Sequence record: OZ413489.1
From: a phage
DNA length: 64,000 nt
Direction: 5' to 3' (one strand)
A model generated the notes under the pieces. It saw only the letters and a list, made by a program, of their open reading frames with translations, ran no database searches and was not told where the DNA came from. A program made the position numbers and the translations under genes. Shown in pieces: positions 47,832 to 57,416 of this stretch; the first letter of the stretch is position 1; each line of letters begins with the position of its first letter.

Positions 47832-48264
47832 TATGAATATCTTCAGCCTTTTCAGATTGTTTTGTATACTTTCTTACATTAACACGATCCTCTACAGGAA
47901 TATCATACGGAAGATCTTGAACAAGCATTGCCTCACCAGGTGCTTTATCCACATCTAAAATATCTACACCGTTATACATTTGCGGGTATCTAAAGTCTGC
48001 ACGCATGACACCAGCAAATACATCTGCCTTTCGATAATGTGTTGGCTTATTTTTGCATCGAACGTTTTTTCCACGAAGAACATCAATACTTTTTAAATCA
48101 AACCCTACGGCAAAGAGTGCAGCTCGGAGACCGTTTCGTGTGCGAACGTTAAACCCGGGAACGGTAGATAGGAAATCCAAAGTAACTGAAATAAATGTCT
48201 TTTTAGGAATCATAACATTACTCATATCTGTCTCCATTTCTGGCTCACCAACAAAGTGAGCCAT
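47764..48264 (-). CDS. hypothetical protein
   Basis: 166 aa ORF; start may be an internal Met. Confidence 0.45.
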   Translation of the reverse strand: MAHFVGEPEMETDMSNVMIPKKTFISVTLDFLSTVPGFNVRTRNGLRAALFAVGFDLKSIDVLRGKNVRCKNKPTHYRKADVFAGVMRADFRYPQMYNGVDILDVDKAPGEAMLVQDLPYDIPVEDRVNVRKYTKQSEKAEDIHIVDEPFNFEDLHRLEKLFGIES

Positions 48265-48323
48265 TATTATAGATTATCTAATACTATTAGTCAACACAAA
48301 AGTTACCTATCGCTGTGATAGGA

Positions 48324-49307
48324 TTAACCTTTCACGAAGTGGTTATTAAGCAGTTGTCTGTGCTGAACCCACCCACAAAAGTTGGCAGACCAGAATTTAC
48401 CATCACGGTCTTGATGGGTTACACCTTCCTGCCAAGTACTGATGTCTTGTGTGATTTCACATGAAGACAGGTAGTAGTTTAAACGTTCCATTGCGTTATC
48501 GTGATCCATAGGTGTTGCCTGGTGCTCGTAAGGGCTTGCATGAATACGATCCCCACCAATCAATTTTTTAGCAACACTATCTGCCTTTTCAAACGTGCTG
48601 TCAATATTTCGATAAGATACTTGTGCACAGCAACTAGCACTGATAGACAGAGCTTCTTTAGTATCGAGAATGCAAAGCTTTCCTTCTGTGTCACGTACAG
48701 CGTAGTTAAACTCTCCGTCCAAATAAACGTGCTCTACATATGGGGTGTGCCATTGACCCGGTTTAAGGATTTCAGGAGTGCTATTCTCAAGAGCCTCCCA
48801 CATACAATTAGCTAACATCTGAATCGTAGGATCCGCATCGTGCCAGCAACGGAGGTGGAAAAAATTATTCCACTCGGTGCTTGTTACAACTGTTTTCATG
48901 CGCTGGAACGGCTCCACTAAGCGGTTACATACTTGCTTATGGTAACCAGCAAGGGCGAACTTCTCTGCATGCCAAGCGGCGTTTTTTGCAGCTTCTTTCC
49001 AAAACTCTTCAGGAGTTAGCTCCATGTCAGTGTACTCTACACGGATCTTTTGATCGTGTTCCCCACCATCTTCCATTCCTCGCTTATTTACACCGAAGCG
49101 AACTGGCATTGCCGGATTCTCCACAATCTGTTGCAGCATCTTTCCGACAGGCACTGCACGGGAAGACATGGCGTTTCGGCTGAACACTCGGTGCGTCATA
49201 AGCTCTGAGTGAATAATTCGAGGATACTCTAGCTCAAAAGTGGTGATGCGCTTACCTTTCTCGGAAATGCTGTCAGCAATGATCTTTGCAGTGCACAGTT
49301 TTAGCAT
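48324..49307 (-). CDS. thyX: flavin-dependent thymidylate synthase (ThyX-like)
   Basis: 327 aa; THRVFSRNAMSSR resembles the ThyX RHR..S motif; nucleotide-metabolism context. Confidence 0.55.
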   Translation of the reverse strand: MLKLCTAKIIADSISEKGKRITTFELEYPRIIHSELMTHRVFSRNAMSSRAVPVGKMLQQIVENPAMPVRFGVNKRGMEDGGEHDQKIRVEYTDMELTPEEFWKEAAKNAAWHAEKFALAGYHKQVCNRLVEPFQRMKTVVTSTEWNNFFHLRCWHDADPTIQMLANCMWEALENSTPEILKPGQWHTPYVEHVYLDGEFNYAVRDTEGKLCILDTKEALSISASCCAQVSYRNIDSTFEKADSVAKKLIGGDRIHASPYEHQATPMDHDNAMERLNYYLSSCEITQDISTWQEGVTHQDRDGKFWSANFCGWVQHRQLLNNHFVKG

Positions 49308-49507
49308 TATTTAGCTCTCCTTGTTTTAATTTTGGAAATTTCGTCTGGGTTTATGTTGGCCTTAAATGCAAGGTATCTGTTGAACATATCGGAGCACATG
49401 TCTTGGGTGATCCTAGAGGCATACACTAGCTTACCTCCTAGATCATACACCTCTAGCCAGTCACCGTATCTGACTACAGGATCGCCACCTTTAGAACATC
49501 TGCCCAT
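49307..49507 (-). CDS. hypothetical protein
   Basis: 66 aa ORF. Confidence 0.4.
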   Translation of the reverse strand: MGRCSKGGDPVVRYGDWLEVYDLGGKLVYASRITQDMCSDMFNRYLAFKANINPDEISKIKTRRAK

Positions 49508-49508
49508 T

Positions 49509-50102
49509 TCAAATACCTTCTAAAAATTTTCCTATTTTATACCAGCTATTAGCGGTATAGTCAACACTGACCTTTAACTCCTCGAATTGCTCATAAGGCG
49601 TATCTTTTAGGATTTTAATAACTTCAGGTCGTGAAGCGAATTGGTTCAGGTATTCATGCCTGTCATCAATTATAACATCTACAGCCACATTTCCTTTGAA
49701 ATGTGTGGCGTAGAATCCGTGGCCCTGGGTGTGATCGTCCAGATCCATAAAATCACTGGTCCAACGCTTTAAGAACCTTGATTTAGATGCAAGGTGACCT
49801 TTCTTGCATACCGAGATAAATGCAAGCTTGTGACCACGAGCCACCAAATCTTTCATAACCTCAATAGCCCCCTCTTCAGGCTTAAGGAAGTCGTAGAGGG
49901 ACGGATCACTCCAGAAATCAAAAGGTCCTATGATGTTTTCTTTGGGACGATCAGGCCAATACTTTGACAGATCGTAATACATTAGCCCATTAGAAGGTTT
50001 AGCTACTGTCTTACTGGCTGGACCATACAAACGCTCCAACCACTCCCACCATGCTGTTCCTGAATCTACCAGTGTCAGATCTACATCAATTCCGATTAAC
50101 AT
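49509..50102 (-). CDS. HAD-family phosphatase, possible 5'-deoxynucleotidase
   Basis: 197 aa; N-terminal GIDVDLT (DxD motif). Confidence 0.5.
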   Translation of the reverse strand: MLIGIDVDLTLVDSGTAWWEWLERLYGPASKTVAKPSNGLMYYDLSKYWPDRPKENIIGPFDFWSDPSLYDFLKPEEGAIEVMKDLVARGHKLAFISVCKKGHLASKSRFLKRWTSDFMDLDDHTQGHGFYATHFKGNVAVDVIIDDRHEYLNQFASRPEVIKILKDTPYEQFEELKVSVDYTANSWYKIGKFLEGI

Positions 50103-50710
50103 TCTTCTTGGGCCTCTTTAGCATCAATATACTTGCACACAATCTCCGATGCACACTCCCAAGGTGCACCTTCAGGGTTTACAACATCAAACTCAACCCC
50201 TTTTATTCCGTTCTTTTCCAGACTTAGATAGGTTCTGGAATCATTTCCCCAGTCATATCCTACACGGTGAATACGGAACAACAACAGATCTCCACCTGTG
50301 CTGTATGCGTACTCGCTAAGGCATGCCAGCTCCTCTTTGAATCCCCCATCGGAGTAAACAATAACCCCTTTACCTTCAGGGAAATCTTTCTTCAAAGATG
50401 CGACTGCGGCTTTACCGAAAGCATCTTCACCAAAGATAGGTTTAATCAGATTTTCACTACAATGGATCATCCATTCTCGCGGAGAAACATGCTTGCCGTC
50501 TATCATTAAGAAAGGGCAAGGCTCTTCTTTGTAGTGACGGTCATAAAGTGCATTCCAGAGTTGAGGAGTTACACCAGCTGCCTTAATTGCCACACTGAAG
50601 AGCATTTCCTTAACCTCGCGGTGGTGTGAGTTAGGAATAGCTTCCAACAAGAGATCTGCAATGTGATCCTTACCACTGCTGGGTGGGGCGTTAAGAACAA
50701 TAATATCCAT
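50096..50710 (-). CDS. deoxynucleoside monophosphate kinase
   Basis: 204 aa; MDIIVLNAPPSSGKDHIADLL resembles the T4 dNMP kinase N-terminus. Confidence 0.6.
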   Translation of the reverse strand: MDIIVLNAPPSSGKDHIADLLLEAIPNSHHREVKEMLFSVAIKAAGVTPQLWNALYDRHYKEEPCPFLMIDGKHVSPREWMIHCSENLIKPIFGEDAFGKAAVASLKKDFPEGKGVIVYSDGGFKEELACLSEYAYSTGGDLLLFRIHRVGYDWGNDSRTYLSLEKNGIKGVEFDVVNPEGAPWECASEIVCKYIDAKEAQEEC

Positions 50711-50913
50711 TAAAAACCTCCGTGGTATTCTTCAACTGCATCAATAATACTTTTACACTTATCTACCAGCTCGTTAGCCACTACAGAATCGTCTTCCCAA
50801 ACAGCCTCCTCAATCTGATCAAGCAATGATCGCATCTTACTCATCATTTCTGGGATAAAGTTTTCTGAAAAGTTGTCTGGAATTGTTAACTCTAGTGTCA
50901 TTTCGGTCTCCAA
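50710..50913 (-). CDS. hypothetical acidic protein
   Basis: 67 aa ORF. Confidence 0.4.
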   Translation of the reverse strand: METEMTLELTIPDNFSENFIPEMMSKMRSLLDQIEEAVWEDDSVVANELVDKCKSIIDAVEEYHGGF

Positions 50914-50928
50914 TCATACTATGCGTTA

Positions 50929-51387
50929 TTAGAAGTTTGTTTTTACACGTCCCTTCTCATCAACCTCGTTGTTAGCTAAAAGCGTTACAAAGTCTGTGAA
51001 ACGAACATGAAGAACCCTTTTCTTATCAAGGTATCCTAAAGCCACCCCTGAGAAATTTAGCATCAAAGGGGCTAAAGAAGCTCTGGCACTGAAATGCTGT
51101 TGTTCTACCCTTCCAACACCCTTAGTGTAGGATGGGTTAAGATTGTAAGTTCTGAATCCCAGTTTTGTTGGAGCTTTAGAATTAAAAACGACTTTATAGC
51201 GTTTCTTACTCAACTTATGCTCCAGGATAAGCATTCCCTTATCACCTTTGATAAGTTGAAAATCTGTAAAGTGCTCTTTTAAGACGAAAGGTAGTGCCAG
51301 TCCCATCGCCTGTCCTCTTTGTACCGCTGTCTCACCAAAAGCTTTTGCATCAGTAAGTTCTTTGGTCAAGTCTATGCTTTTGATCAT
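50929..51387 (-). CDS. hypothetical protein
   Basis: 152 aa ORF. Confidence 0.45.
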   Translation of the reverse strand: MIKSIDLTKELTDAKAFGETAVQRGQAMGLALPFVLKEHFTDFQLIKGDKGMLILEHKLSKKRYKVVFNSKAPTKLGFRTYNLNPSYTKGVGRVEQQHFSARASLAPLMLNFSGVALGYLDKKRVLHVRFTDFVTLLANNEVDEKGRVKTNF

Positions 51388-52168
51388 ACCTGGTCTCCAA
51401 AATGTATTGTAGTTCTTTCTTACCTATACTCTTCATTCCAGCAGTCTTACCTGCTTCTTCTTGAAAAGAAGAATAGCATTCAGCAAACACTCTGTCAACA
51501 CCGTTAACTAAAGATTTTATGAAATATGTTGATTCTTCAGATTTTGGGTCATCATCCCCCAATACTTTTCCAGCATTATACCCAACACGTCTTACACAGA
51601 AGTCGTAGTCATCTGGTGTGCTAAAAGAAAATAACTTATTCTCTCCAATCTCTACAGGATCCCTATTGCACGCCTTTTTCTCCCAAATTTGGAAAACACA
51701 TGGCACGTCATAAGGTTTGCCATTAAGTAAAAACGAATTCTTAGGGCACCTTTCGCTGTAGACAAGGTGCATCGACATGTCCAGTTTGTTTGCAAAAAAT
51801 ATTTTTTCAAATGTCCGTGGCAAGATGAAGGCTATAGCCCCTCCAAGCTCTAGCAATGATGCACAATGGTTAAAGAATTTGCAAGCTAAGGATGAATTCT
51901 TGCCAAATGGTGGGTTACCTATGAAGACATCTGCCTTGGGATGCACCTCCAAGAAGTTTGCCTGAATGCACGGTGTTGGTCCTTCAAATTCAGGATCTGG
52001 TACTAAATCGTACGACAGTATCTCTGAAAATAGTTTTGAAAAAGAACCCCTTCCAGCAGAAGGCTCAACGTATGCACAATTCCCATACTTATCTTTTACT
52101 TTACCAACAAGATATTCTGCATACTCAGGGTTTGTGTAGTATTTGTCGTTGGACTCTTTCTTGCTCAA
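51350..52168 (-). CDS. DNA N6-adenine methyltransferase (second, NPPF motif)
   Basis: Track ORF to 52198 (TTG inside a hairpin); trimmed to TTG at 52168 preceded by GGAGG; motif FIGNPPFGKN. Confidence 0.6.
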   Translation of the reverse strand: MSKKESNDKYYTNPEYAEYLVGKVKDKYGNCAYVEPSAGRGSFSKLFSEILSYDLVPDPEFEGPTPCIQANFLEVHPKADVFIGNPPFGKNSSLACKFFNHCASLLELGGAIAFILPRTFEKIFFANKLDMSMHLVYSERCPKNSFLLNGKPYDVPCVFQIWEKKACNRDPVEIGENKLFSFSTPDDYDFCVRRVGYNAGKVLGDDDPKSEESTYFIKSLVNGVDRVFAECYSSFQEEAGKTAGMKSIGKKELQYILETRYDQKHRLDQRTY

Positions 52169-52187
52169 AGTGCCTCCAAAAGGAAAA

Positions 52188-52205
52188 GGGAGGCGCAAGC
52201 CTCCC
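52188..52205 (-). terminator. rho-independent terminator
   Basis: GGGAGGC-GCAA-GCCTCCC with T-run on minus transcript. Confidence 0.55.
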
Positions 52206-52213
52206 TATAATTG

Positions 52214-53197
52214 TTAGATTATCTGAATCAGGGTATTTTTCATTTCTTCTCTGGTTCGGATGTTGTTACGGTCACGAACAACAGATCCACAACCTTCGCA
52301 GCGGTATGTTTTAAATGCACTCAGTTGAGTATACGCCAAAGCTTCTTCCTCGTGAAGGTGTTCTCCACCACAGCGTGGGCAACGAACTTTTGGCTCCTCA
52401 TCCTGGTAGTACAATGACATGTTGGGGTGCTGCTTAGCAAACGGGCGAGCCAGCAAATACAGGCCTTCCAGAGATAGGATATCGCCAACATTGTACTCCC
52501 GCATCTGTTTAAACGCCTCAAGATCACCGTGAACACACTTGATCCACATTTCAAATGTGTGGTCAATCAGTTTCTGTCGGGCAAGTTGGAAGTATTTGCA
52601 TGCATACTCCAAAGTGTTTGCATTCAAACGGAATGCCTTCTTGATCATTTTAAGGGTGTCAACCTCTTTGTAGGGGCTTGTTGGAGGCAATCCGTGAAAT
52701 GCAAATCGTTGGTTGGCCCACCCACAGTCAAAACCTGAATTGTGGGCTACTGCGACATCACATTTATCCAGATAATACCACAAATCCTGAATCAATTCGA
52801 GATCATTGTGAATATCCTCATCCCACATTTTGTAATCAGGAAGAGCGCAGTCAACCACACTAGGACTGTCTAACCACTTACCTGCGAAAGTTAGCATGTA
52901 GGGCATAATTTCAATACCACAGGTTTGAATGTTGGTCTTATAGTGCCCAAAGAACCAGCCGTTTGTTGGGGATGTCTCTGTATCATACACCCAAACTTTA
53001 GCACCTTTGTGCTCCTCAAGGAAGCGCTCCGTTGCCTCTCCTACAATCTCTGACATATTCTCTTGTGCACGTTTAAGCTGTAGTCGGATCCAGCTCTCAC
53101 GTGACTCACGGCCTAAAAATTCACGAGCAATTTGTCTATTAGTGTATCCCTGTTGCTTTAGTGTTAAAATTTGCTCAAGAGTTAACTTTGTCATCAT
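52214..53197 (-). CDS. DEDDh-type 3'-5' exonuclease with N-terminal HTH and C-terminal zinc ribbon
   Basis: 327 aa; Exo I YDTETS, Exo II AHNSGFDCGW, Exo III H..D; CPRCGG...CEGCG. Confidence 0.55.
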   Translation of the reverse strand: MMTKLTLEQILTLKQQGYTNRQIAREFLGRESRESWIRLQLKRAQENMSEIVGEATERFLEEHKGAKVWVYDTETSPTNGWFFGHYKTNIQTCGIEIMPYMLTFAGKWLDSPSVVDCALPDYKMWDEDIHNDLELIQDLWYYLDKCDVAVAHNSGFDCGWANQRFAFHGLPPTSPYKEVDTLKMIKKAFRLNANTLEYACKYFQLARQKLIDHTFEMWIKCVHGDLEAFKQMREYNVGDILSLEGLYLLARPFAKQHPNMSLYYQDEEPKVRCPRCGGEHLHEEEALAYTQLSAFKTYRCEGCGSVVRDRNNIRTREEMKNTLIQII

Positions 53198-53209
53198 CGT
53201 TAAGATTCC

Positions 53210-53431
53210 TTAGTAAAACTGAAGAATGTCTTTTAAAGCGAAGTCACGATATTCGCCCTTGTCTACATCGAAGGCACGCATCAACCACTGCTCTTCTTTA
53301 TGATACTCTGTAGAGCCAAACCATAAATTAGGCTCAGTAACGCAGCGATCTGCAACAACACCTTTCCAGTTACGGTATTTCATCCTGATCAGGACTGAGT
53401 CGCAAGGATTGAATACCTTTTTCATCCCCAT
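53210..53431 (-). CDS. hypothetical protein
   Basis: 73 aa ORF. Confidence 0.4.
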   Translation of the reverse strand: MGMKKVFNPCDSVLIRMKYRNWKGVVADRCVTEPNLWFGSTEYHKEEQWLMRAFDVDKGEYRDFALKDILQFY

Positions 53432-53975
53432 AGAAATCTCTCTCCTCAGTTTTCTTTATAAACTCTTGCATGTAGGACTCAATAGCCTCATGCTTGGTGC
53501 ACTCCGGATCAATGACAAGATTGAGATCTGATTCTGCTCGTGCAATAATCGTAGCTTTAGAGCATCTCCTCAAGAACTTTGTCATATCATCTCTGTAGTT
53601 TTTGTGGAGCGGGAAGTCGCTGTAGTCTTTCTCCAAATAGTCAGCCATCCGGCGCAACGCCTCTGATAAACTGCAATCTGTATACTCGTTACAGTATTTC
53701 ATCCAGTATTTAAGCACATACCCCTCAAAGGTATTAGTGCATTGAGACAAAACACCCCTGCAACGACCAGTCAGATGATCATGATCTAAACAAGGCTTAC
53801 GAAGTGGCTCGCACAAGATCGGATCAAGACCATCCTGCTCCTCTGACAATTCTTTTCGAAAGTTGGCTATGTCCTTAGAATCTTTTAACCACCCGTTATG
53901 AACTGGGGCTTTGACAGCTTTCTTTCTTATTTTACGCTTTGCGATAATCCCTCCAGATGAGCCCTGCCTATCCAA
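53370..53975 (-). CDS. recombination endonuclease VII-like junction resolvase
   Basis: 201 aa; CEPLRKPCLDHDH..GRCRGVLSQCTN matches the T4 endo VII zinc/His core. Confidence 0.65.
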   Translation of the reverse strand: MDRQGSSGGIIAKRKIRKKAVKAPVHNGWLKDSKDIANFRKELSEEQDGLDPILCEPLRKPCLDHDHLTGRCRGVLSQCTNTFEGYVLKYWMKYCNEYTDCSLSEALRRMADYLEKDYSDFPLHKNYRDDMTKFLRRCSKATIIARAESDLNLVIDPECTKHEAIESYMQEFIKKTEERDFYGDEKGIQSLRLSPDQDEIP

Positions 53976-54556
53976 TAAGCATCTGCGAGATCGGCCTTAC
54001 CTTGTACCAAATTGATCCCGTCTAGGAACCCAGGTTCAGATACTTCGCAGGCCTTAACCATCAACTTTTTATCCATTGTAACAGGTTTCTTCACAGTATG
54101 CTCTTTACCTGTCTTTTTGTCAAGCTTTTTCTTCTCCTCAAAAGCAAGTTCTTCAGGAAGATGACTACGAGCAAACTTTTTGGCAGTTGTTGGTGTCACT
54201 GTGTGGACCTTAAACAGGCCGTCATTTTCACAATCAGCTAAGGCATCCCAAAGCATAATTTCAAGACCGTAAAACAACCCAGCCAGTTCACGTGTGGCAT
54301 CCCCGCGTGATCCAAAGGAAAGCCCTTCCATAACCACGGTGTCAACGTGATGCGTGTGGATATAATATCTGACCTGTTTGCAGATCCAGTCAATACGCTC
54401 AGCAGCTGTTGCAAAAGAAACCGTCCCTGGTTTCTTCTCTTTTGCAGATGAGCTTTGAGTTCGTAACACAACCTTATGAACAGGCTTTCCATCGTCCCAT
54501 ACAACGCAAGCTGTGTGTGTCAACGACTGGTCTATGGATAATAGACGCTCTCTCAT
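53927..54556 (-). CDS. RuvC-like Holliday junction resolvase
   Basis: 209 aa; N-terminal LSIDQS, central MEGLSFG, C-terminal DLADAYWIGRAH. Confidence 0.55.
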   Translation of the reverse strand: MRERLLSIDQSLTHTACVVWDDGKPVHKVVLRTQSSSAKEKKPGTVSFATAAERIDWICKQVRYYIHTHHVDTVVMEGLSFGSRGDATRELAGLFYGLEIMLWDALADCENDGLFKVHTVTPTTAKKFARSHLPEELAFEEKKKLDKKTGKEHTVKKPVTMDKKLMVKACEVSEPGFLDGINLVQGKADLADAYWIGRAHLEGLSQSVK

Positions 54557-54888
54557 ACTTCCTCATCCTCCTCTCCTTCATCAGGAGCATAAGCCTTATC
54601 TTTGAACAAGACGAGAGAGCAAAGCTTAACATCTGTTTCCACACTGGTGAACATGCATAACCGCTCGCCCTCAATCAGTTCACAATCCTCTTTTAAAACA
54701 GCAGACCATACACGGTCATCTGCGTAATCATCAGTGTACAGGATGTATGAAATGGTGTCATCTTCATACAACCGCCACATACCTGTGGCAACAACGAATG
54801 TATTTTTTGTTTTAAGTGTCCCTGTTGTATGATCATCCTCAAAAACAGCTTCCATAATTGCACTATCTACAGAATTTTTAGTCATCAA
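54553..54888 (-). CDS. hypothetical acidic protein
   Basis: 111 aa ORF. Confidence 0.45.
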   Translation of the reverse strand: MMTKNSVDSAIMEAVFEDDHTTGTLKTKNTFVVATGMWRLYEDDTISYILYTDDYADDRVWSAVLKEDCELIEGERLCMFTSVETDVKLCSLVLFKDKAYAPDEGEEDEEV

Positions 54889-56024
54889 ATTGCTCCAACA
54901 TTTCTAAGAACGTTAACAAGTTTTGTTTGATCATTGAATGTTCGCTTCATATACAAACAGTCAAAAATTATACTCATCCATTGACCTACGGAAATTCTAC
55001 GATCAACACCATTGAAGTCAGTATACTTAACAACACCTTTCGGGAACCACTTCTTGTACTGATCAATAATAGCCACCCACATCTCCTTTGGAGTGCTGCA
55101 CTGAGACAGTAGGTAGAATGCTGAGGCATCTCCGAACTTACCCTTACCGATAAGTCCCTGATACGGCTTGATGTTGTCAGCAGAGTCACCACACAGCATT
55201 TGGTATCCGAAGAACAGCATTCCGTAACCACCAACCTCTCCATTAGGCTTCATGAAGATGTTCCCCATACCGTTATCGATCAGCATAGGGGTTTCTCTTA
55301 CAAAATCTCCCTTATCGTTTCGCATGGGATCGAACACAAGCCCCGGTAGTGTTCTTTGGTCCTTATCAATAGAGATAATAAACTTGTTGAACTTACCTGT
55401 TTTTTGGTAGTGGTTCCAACCTTCAAATTGCTGGATAGCTAACCAGTCGTCAGCCTCGATACCGTTGATCACTTGAGCATTATACTGCTTTTGGAGATAC
55501 TGTCTTGCATCTCCAAGCAGCAGTGGTCGAAGAGTATTGTTACGGTTGGCTTTATATCTTTCCGGCATGGGAAGATCTAGTCTGAAATTACCTGTGCCTC
55601 CAAGTACCCCCACGCACCGATCTTCCGGAATACCGAGATAATTAAGGACTGCATTAGCTTTACACTTAATTGTGTGCAAGCAGTTCTCTACAGGATCAGG
55701 GGTTTGGATATCCAAGACATCGAAATCTTCTCGTGTCCACGGAATAAACTCCTTGCCAGCCTTTTTACATGCAGCTTCACGGTTGGTATTCTCAGCTTTT
55801 AACCAACCACCAACGGTGTTCTTCTGCCGCCCCCAGAACTCTGTTCGTGTTTTAAACATCTTCTTACGTCCGGAGGCTTTGTGTGTTACCTCAATTGTCC
55901 TTTTTTCACAACTTGCTGCAGCTTGATATGCAACCTGATCGAAGTCATAATAAACTATAGCGTCAGGTTCAAGAAGATCAGCCAGACAATCTATGGACTC
56001 AATAAGTGGATATTCTCTACTCAA
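54885..56024 (-). CDS. flap endonuclease / RNase H-like 5'-3' exonuclease
   Basis: 379 aa; YKANRNN, GIEADDWLA and IISIDKDQ resemble T4 RNase H / T5 D15 motifs. Confidence 0.6.
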   Translation of the reverse strand: MSREYPLIESIDCLADLLEPDAIVYYDFDQVAYQAAASCEKRTIEVTHKASGRKKMFKTRTEFWGRQKNTVGGWLKAENTNREAACKKAGKEFIPWTREDFDVLDIQTPDPVENCLHTIKCKANAVLNYLGIPEDRCVGVLGGTGNFRLDLPMPERYKANRNNTLRPLLLGDARQYLQKQYNAQVINGIEADDWLAIQQFEGWNHYQKTGKFNKFIISIDKDQRTLPGLVFDPMRNDKGDFVRETPMLIDNGMGNIFMKPNGEVGGYGMLFFGYQMLCGDSADNIKPYQGLIGKGKFGDASAFYLLSQCSTPKEMWVAIIDQYKKWFPKGVVKYTDFNGVDRRISVGQWMSIIFDCLYMKRTFNDQTKLVNVLRNVGAI

Positions 56025-56325
56025 AGACCCTCCTGTTAGTTATTCTGCAAGATGGTTGGATGCTGTAATGGAAGGCATCATCACTCTCTGCAATAAGTGA
56101 CTCAACATCCCAATACTTTTCAAAAAGGAACGGATTAGACCCCCAGTGGTGGGTTATTTTCATCAAGGAGTCTGGTATCATATAACCACAGATCTTAATT
56201 ACATCGCCAGGTTGAATTGTGTTTTCATGAAGGTTGCTTGCCTTCTTCAGAATCATACCTTTATGATTCTCGTTTGCATACAACTGGACAATATCTTTAT
56301 CTTCAACAATAAAAATTTTAAGCAT
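56017..56325 (-). CDS. hypothetical protein
   Basis: 102 aa ORF. Confidence 0.45.
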   Translation of the reverse strand: MLKIFIVEDKDIVQLYANENHKGMILKKASNLHENTIQPGDVIKICGYMIPDSLMKITHHWGSNPFLFEKYWDVESLIAESDDAFHYSIQPSCRITNRRVFE

Positions 56326-56384
56326 ATCTAGTTCTCCTAGTTTATAGATATCTTACCGATAATATCAGATTAATAACACTTTTG

Positions 56385-56678
56385 TCAAGACTTTTTAGTC
56401 TTTCTTGGAGAGCTTTTTGTTGATCTTTTCCTTTTGTGGTAGATTCCAAGTGCAGCGTTTTCTTGGGCGCACGTTTTAACAGTTCTCAGACAAGAACTTT
56501 CAGCTTTAGGCAGGTTTAACTCCCACCAACCAAGCCAGTAAAGTTCTGATTCAGACAACTGCTCAGATTCAGCCTTCCGATACAAGGCTTGCATACCTCT
56601 GATGATATCGTCCAGAGGTGTATCGAATACAAAAGCTGTCTTATCGAATTTCTCTTTTACAGGTTTCTTAGCCATCAA
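56385..56678 (-). CDS. hypothetical basic protein
   Basis: 97 aa ORF. Confidence 0.45.
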   Translation of the reverse strand: MMAKKPVKEKFDKTAFVFDTPLDDIIRGMQALYRKAESEQLSESELYWLGWWELNLPKAESSCLRTVKTCAQENAALGIYHKRKRSTKSSPRKTKKS

Positions 56679-57132
56679 GGTAACCCTCTATCCACGAAAA
56701 GTCAGTCTTCCACTCTGGAACTTTACTAAGCTCACGCCACTCTGCAAAGCAGTCTCGGTAATACTCCTCTGCCATACCTTTGGTGATCTTATTCACCTTA
56801 GCCAACTGATTAACTGCCTGAGCATACTTTCCACGGATATTTGCTAACCCAGGGTGCACCGATGTGTGACAATCCGGGCACAACGCTATCAGTCCGACAA
56901 GCCGGATCACTCCCTCTTCGAAAGTGTAAAGTTCATGACACTCCACTGGGTGTTTGCTGCCTTTACCGCCGCACACCTCACAGGTGTAGTTGGCTTCTCT
57001 ATAGCACTTCTTGCGGATCTTATCCCACTCACTCTTCTTTACAGCGTTTCGGAGGTTATTATACCAAGCTGTTTCTGGGATCAGTTGCACAATAAGCCTG
57101 CGTTCAGACTTCATTAAACGTCCGTCTTCCAC
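56668..57132 (-). CDS. HNH endonuclease
   Basis: 154 aa; CEVCGG...HPVECHE...CPDCH. Confidence 0.6.
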   Translation of the reverse strand: MEDGRLMKSERRLIVQLIPETAWYNNLRNAVKKSEWDKIRKKCYREANYTCEVCGGKGSKHPVECHELYTFEEGVIRLVGLIALCPDCHTSVHPGLANIRGKYAQAVNQLAKVNKITKGMAEEYYRDCFAEWRELSKVPEWKTDFSWIEGYLDG

Positions 57133-57141
57133 GTATCCTCC

Positions 57142-57348
57142 TCATTCAAAGAAATGGGTACGAGGGCAGGAACCTGCCTCTCCTTGTTTCACAAGTTCGT
57201 AGAGCTCACCTTGGCTTGTCTCATAAAGGCAAATACGTTTACCATTGTCCCGATATACATCGACAAGATACGCTGTTTCACCTGCAAACACTACACCACA
57301 GGCCAGACATGCCGCCATGAACAAAATTGCCAACAGAAAATCTTTCAT
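57142..57348 (-). CDS. small secreted / lipoprotein-like protein
   Basis: 68 aa; N-terminal hydrophobic segment with Cys (FMAACLACG). Confidence 0.4.
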   Translation of the reverse strand: MKDFLLAILFMAACLACGVVFAGETAYLVDVYRDNGKRICLYETSQGELYELVKQGEAGSCPRTHFFE

Positions 57349-57416
57349 GGTTAAACCCTCTCAAACATTTTATGAGGTGACAATACCACGTCCGTGTGGT
57401 TATGTCAATGATACTG

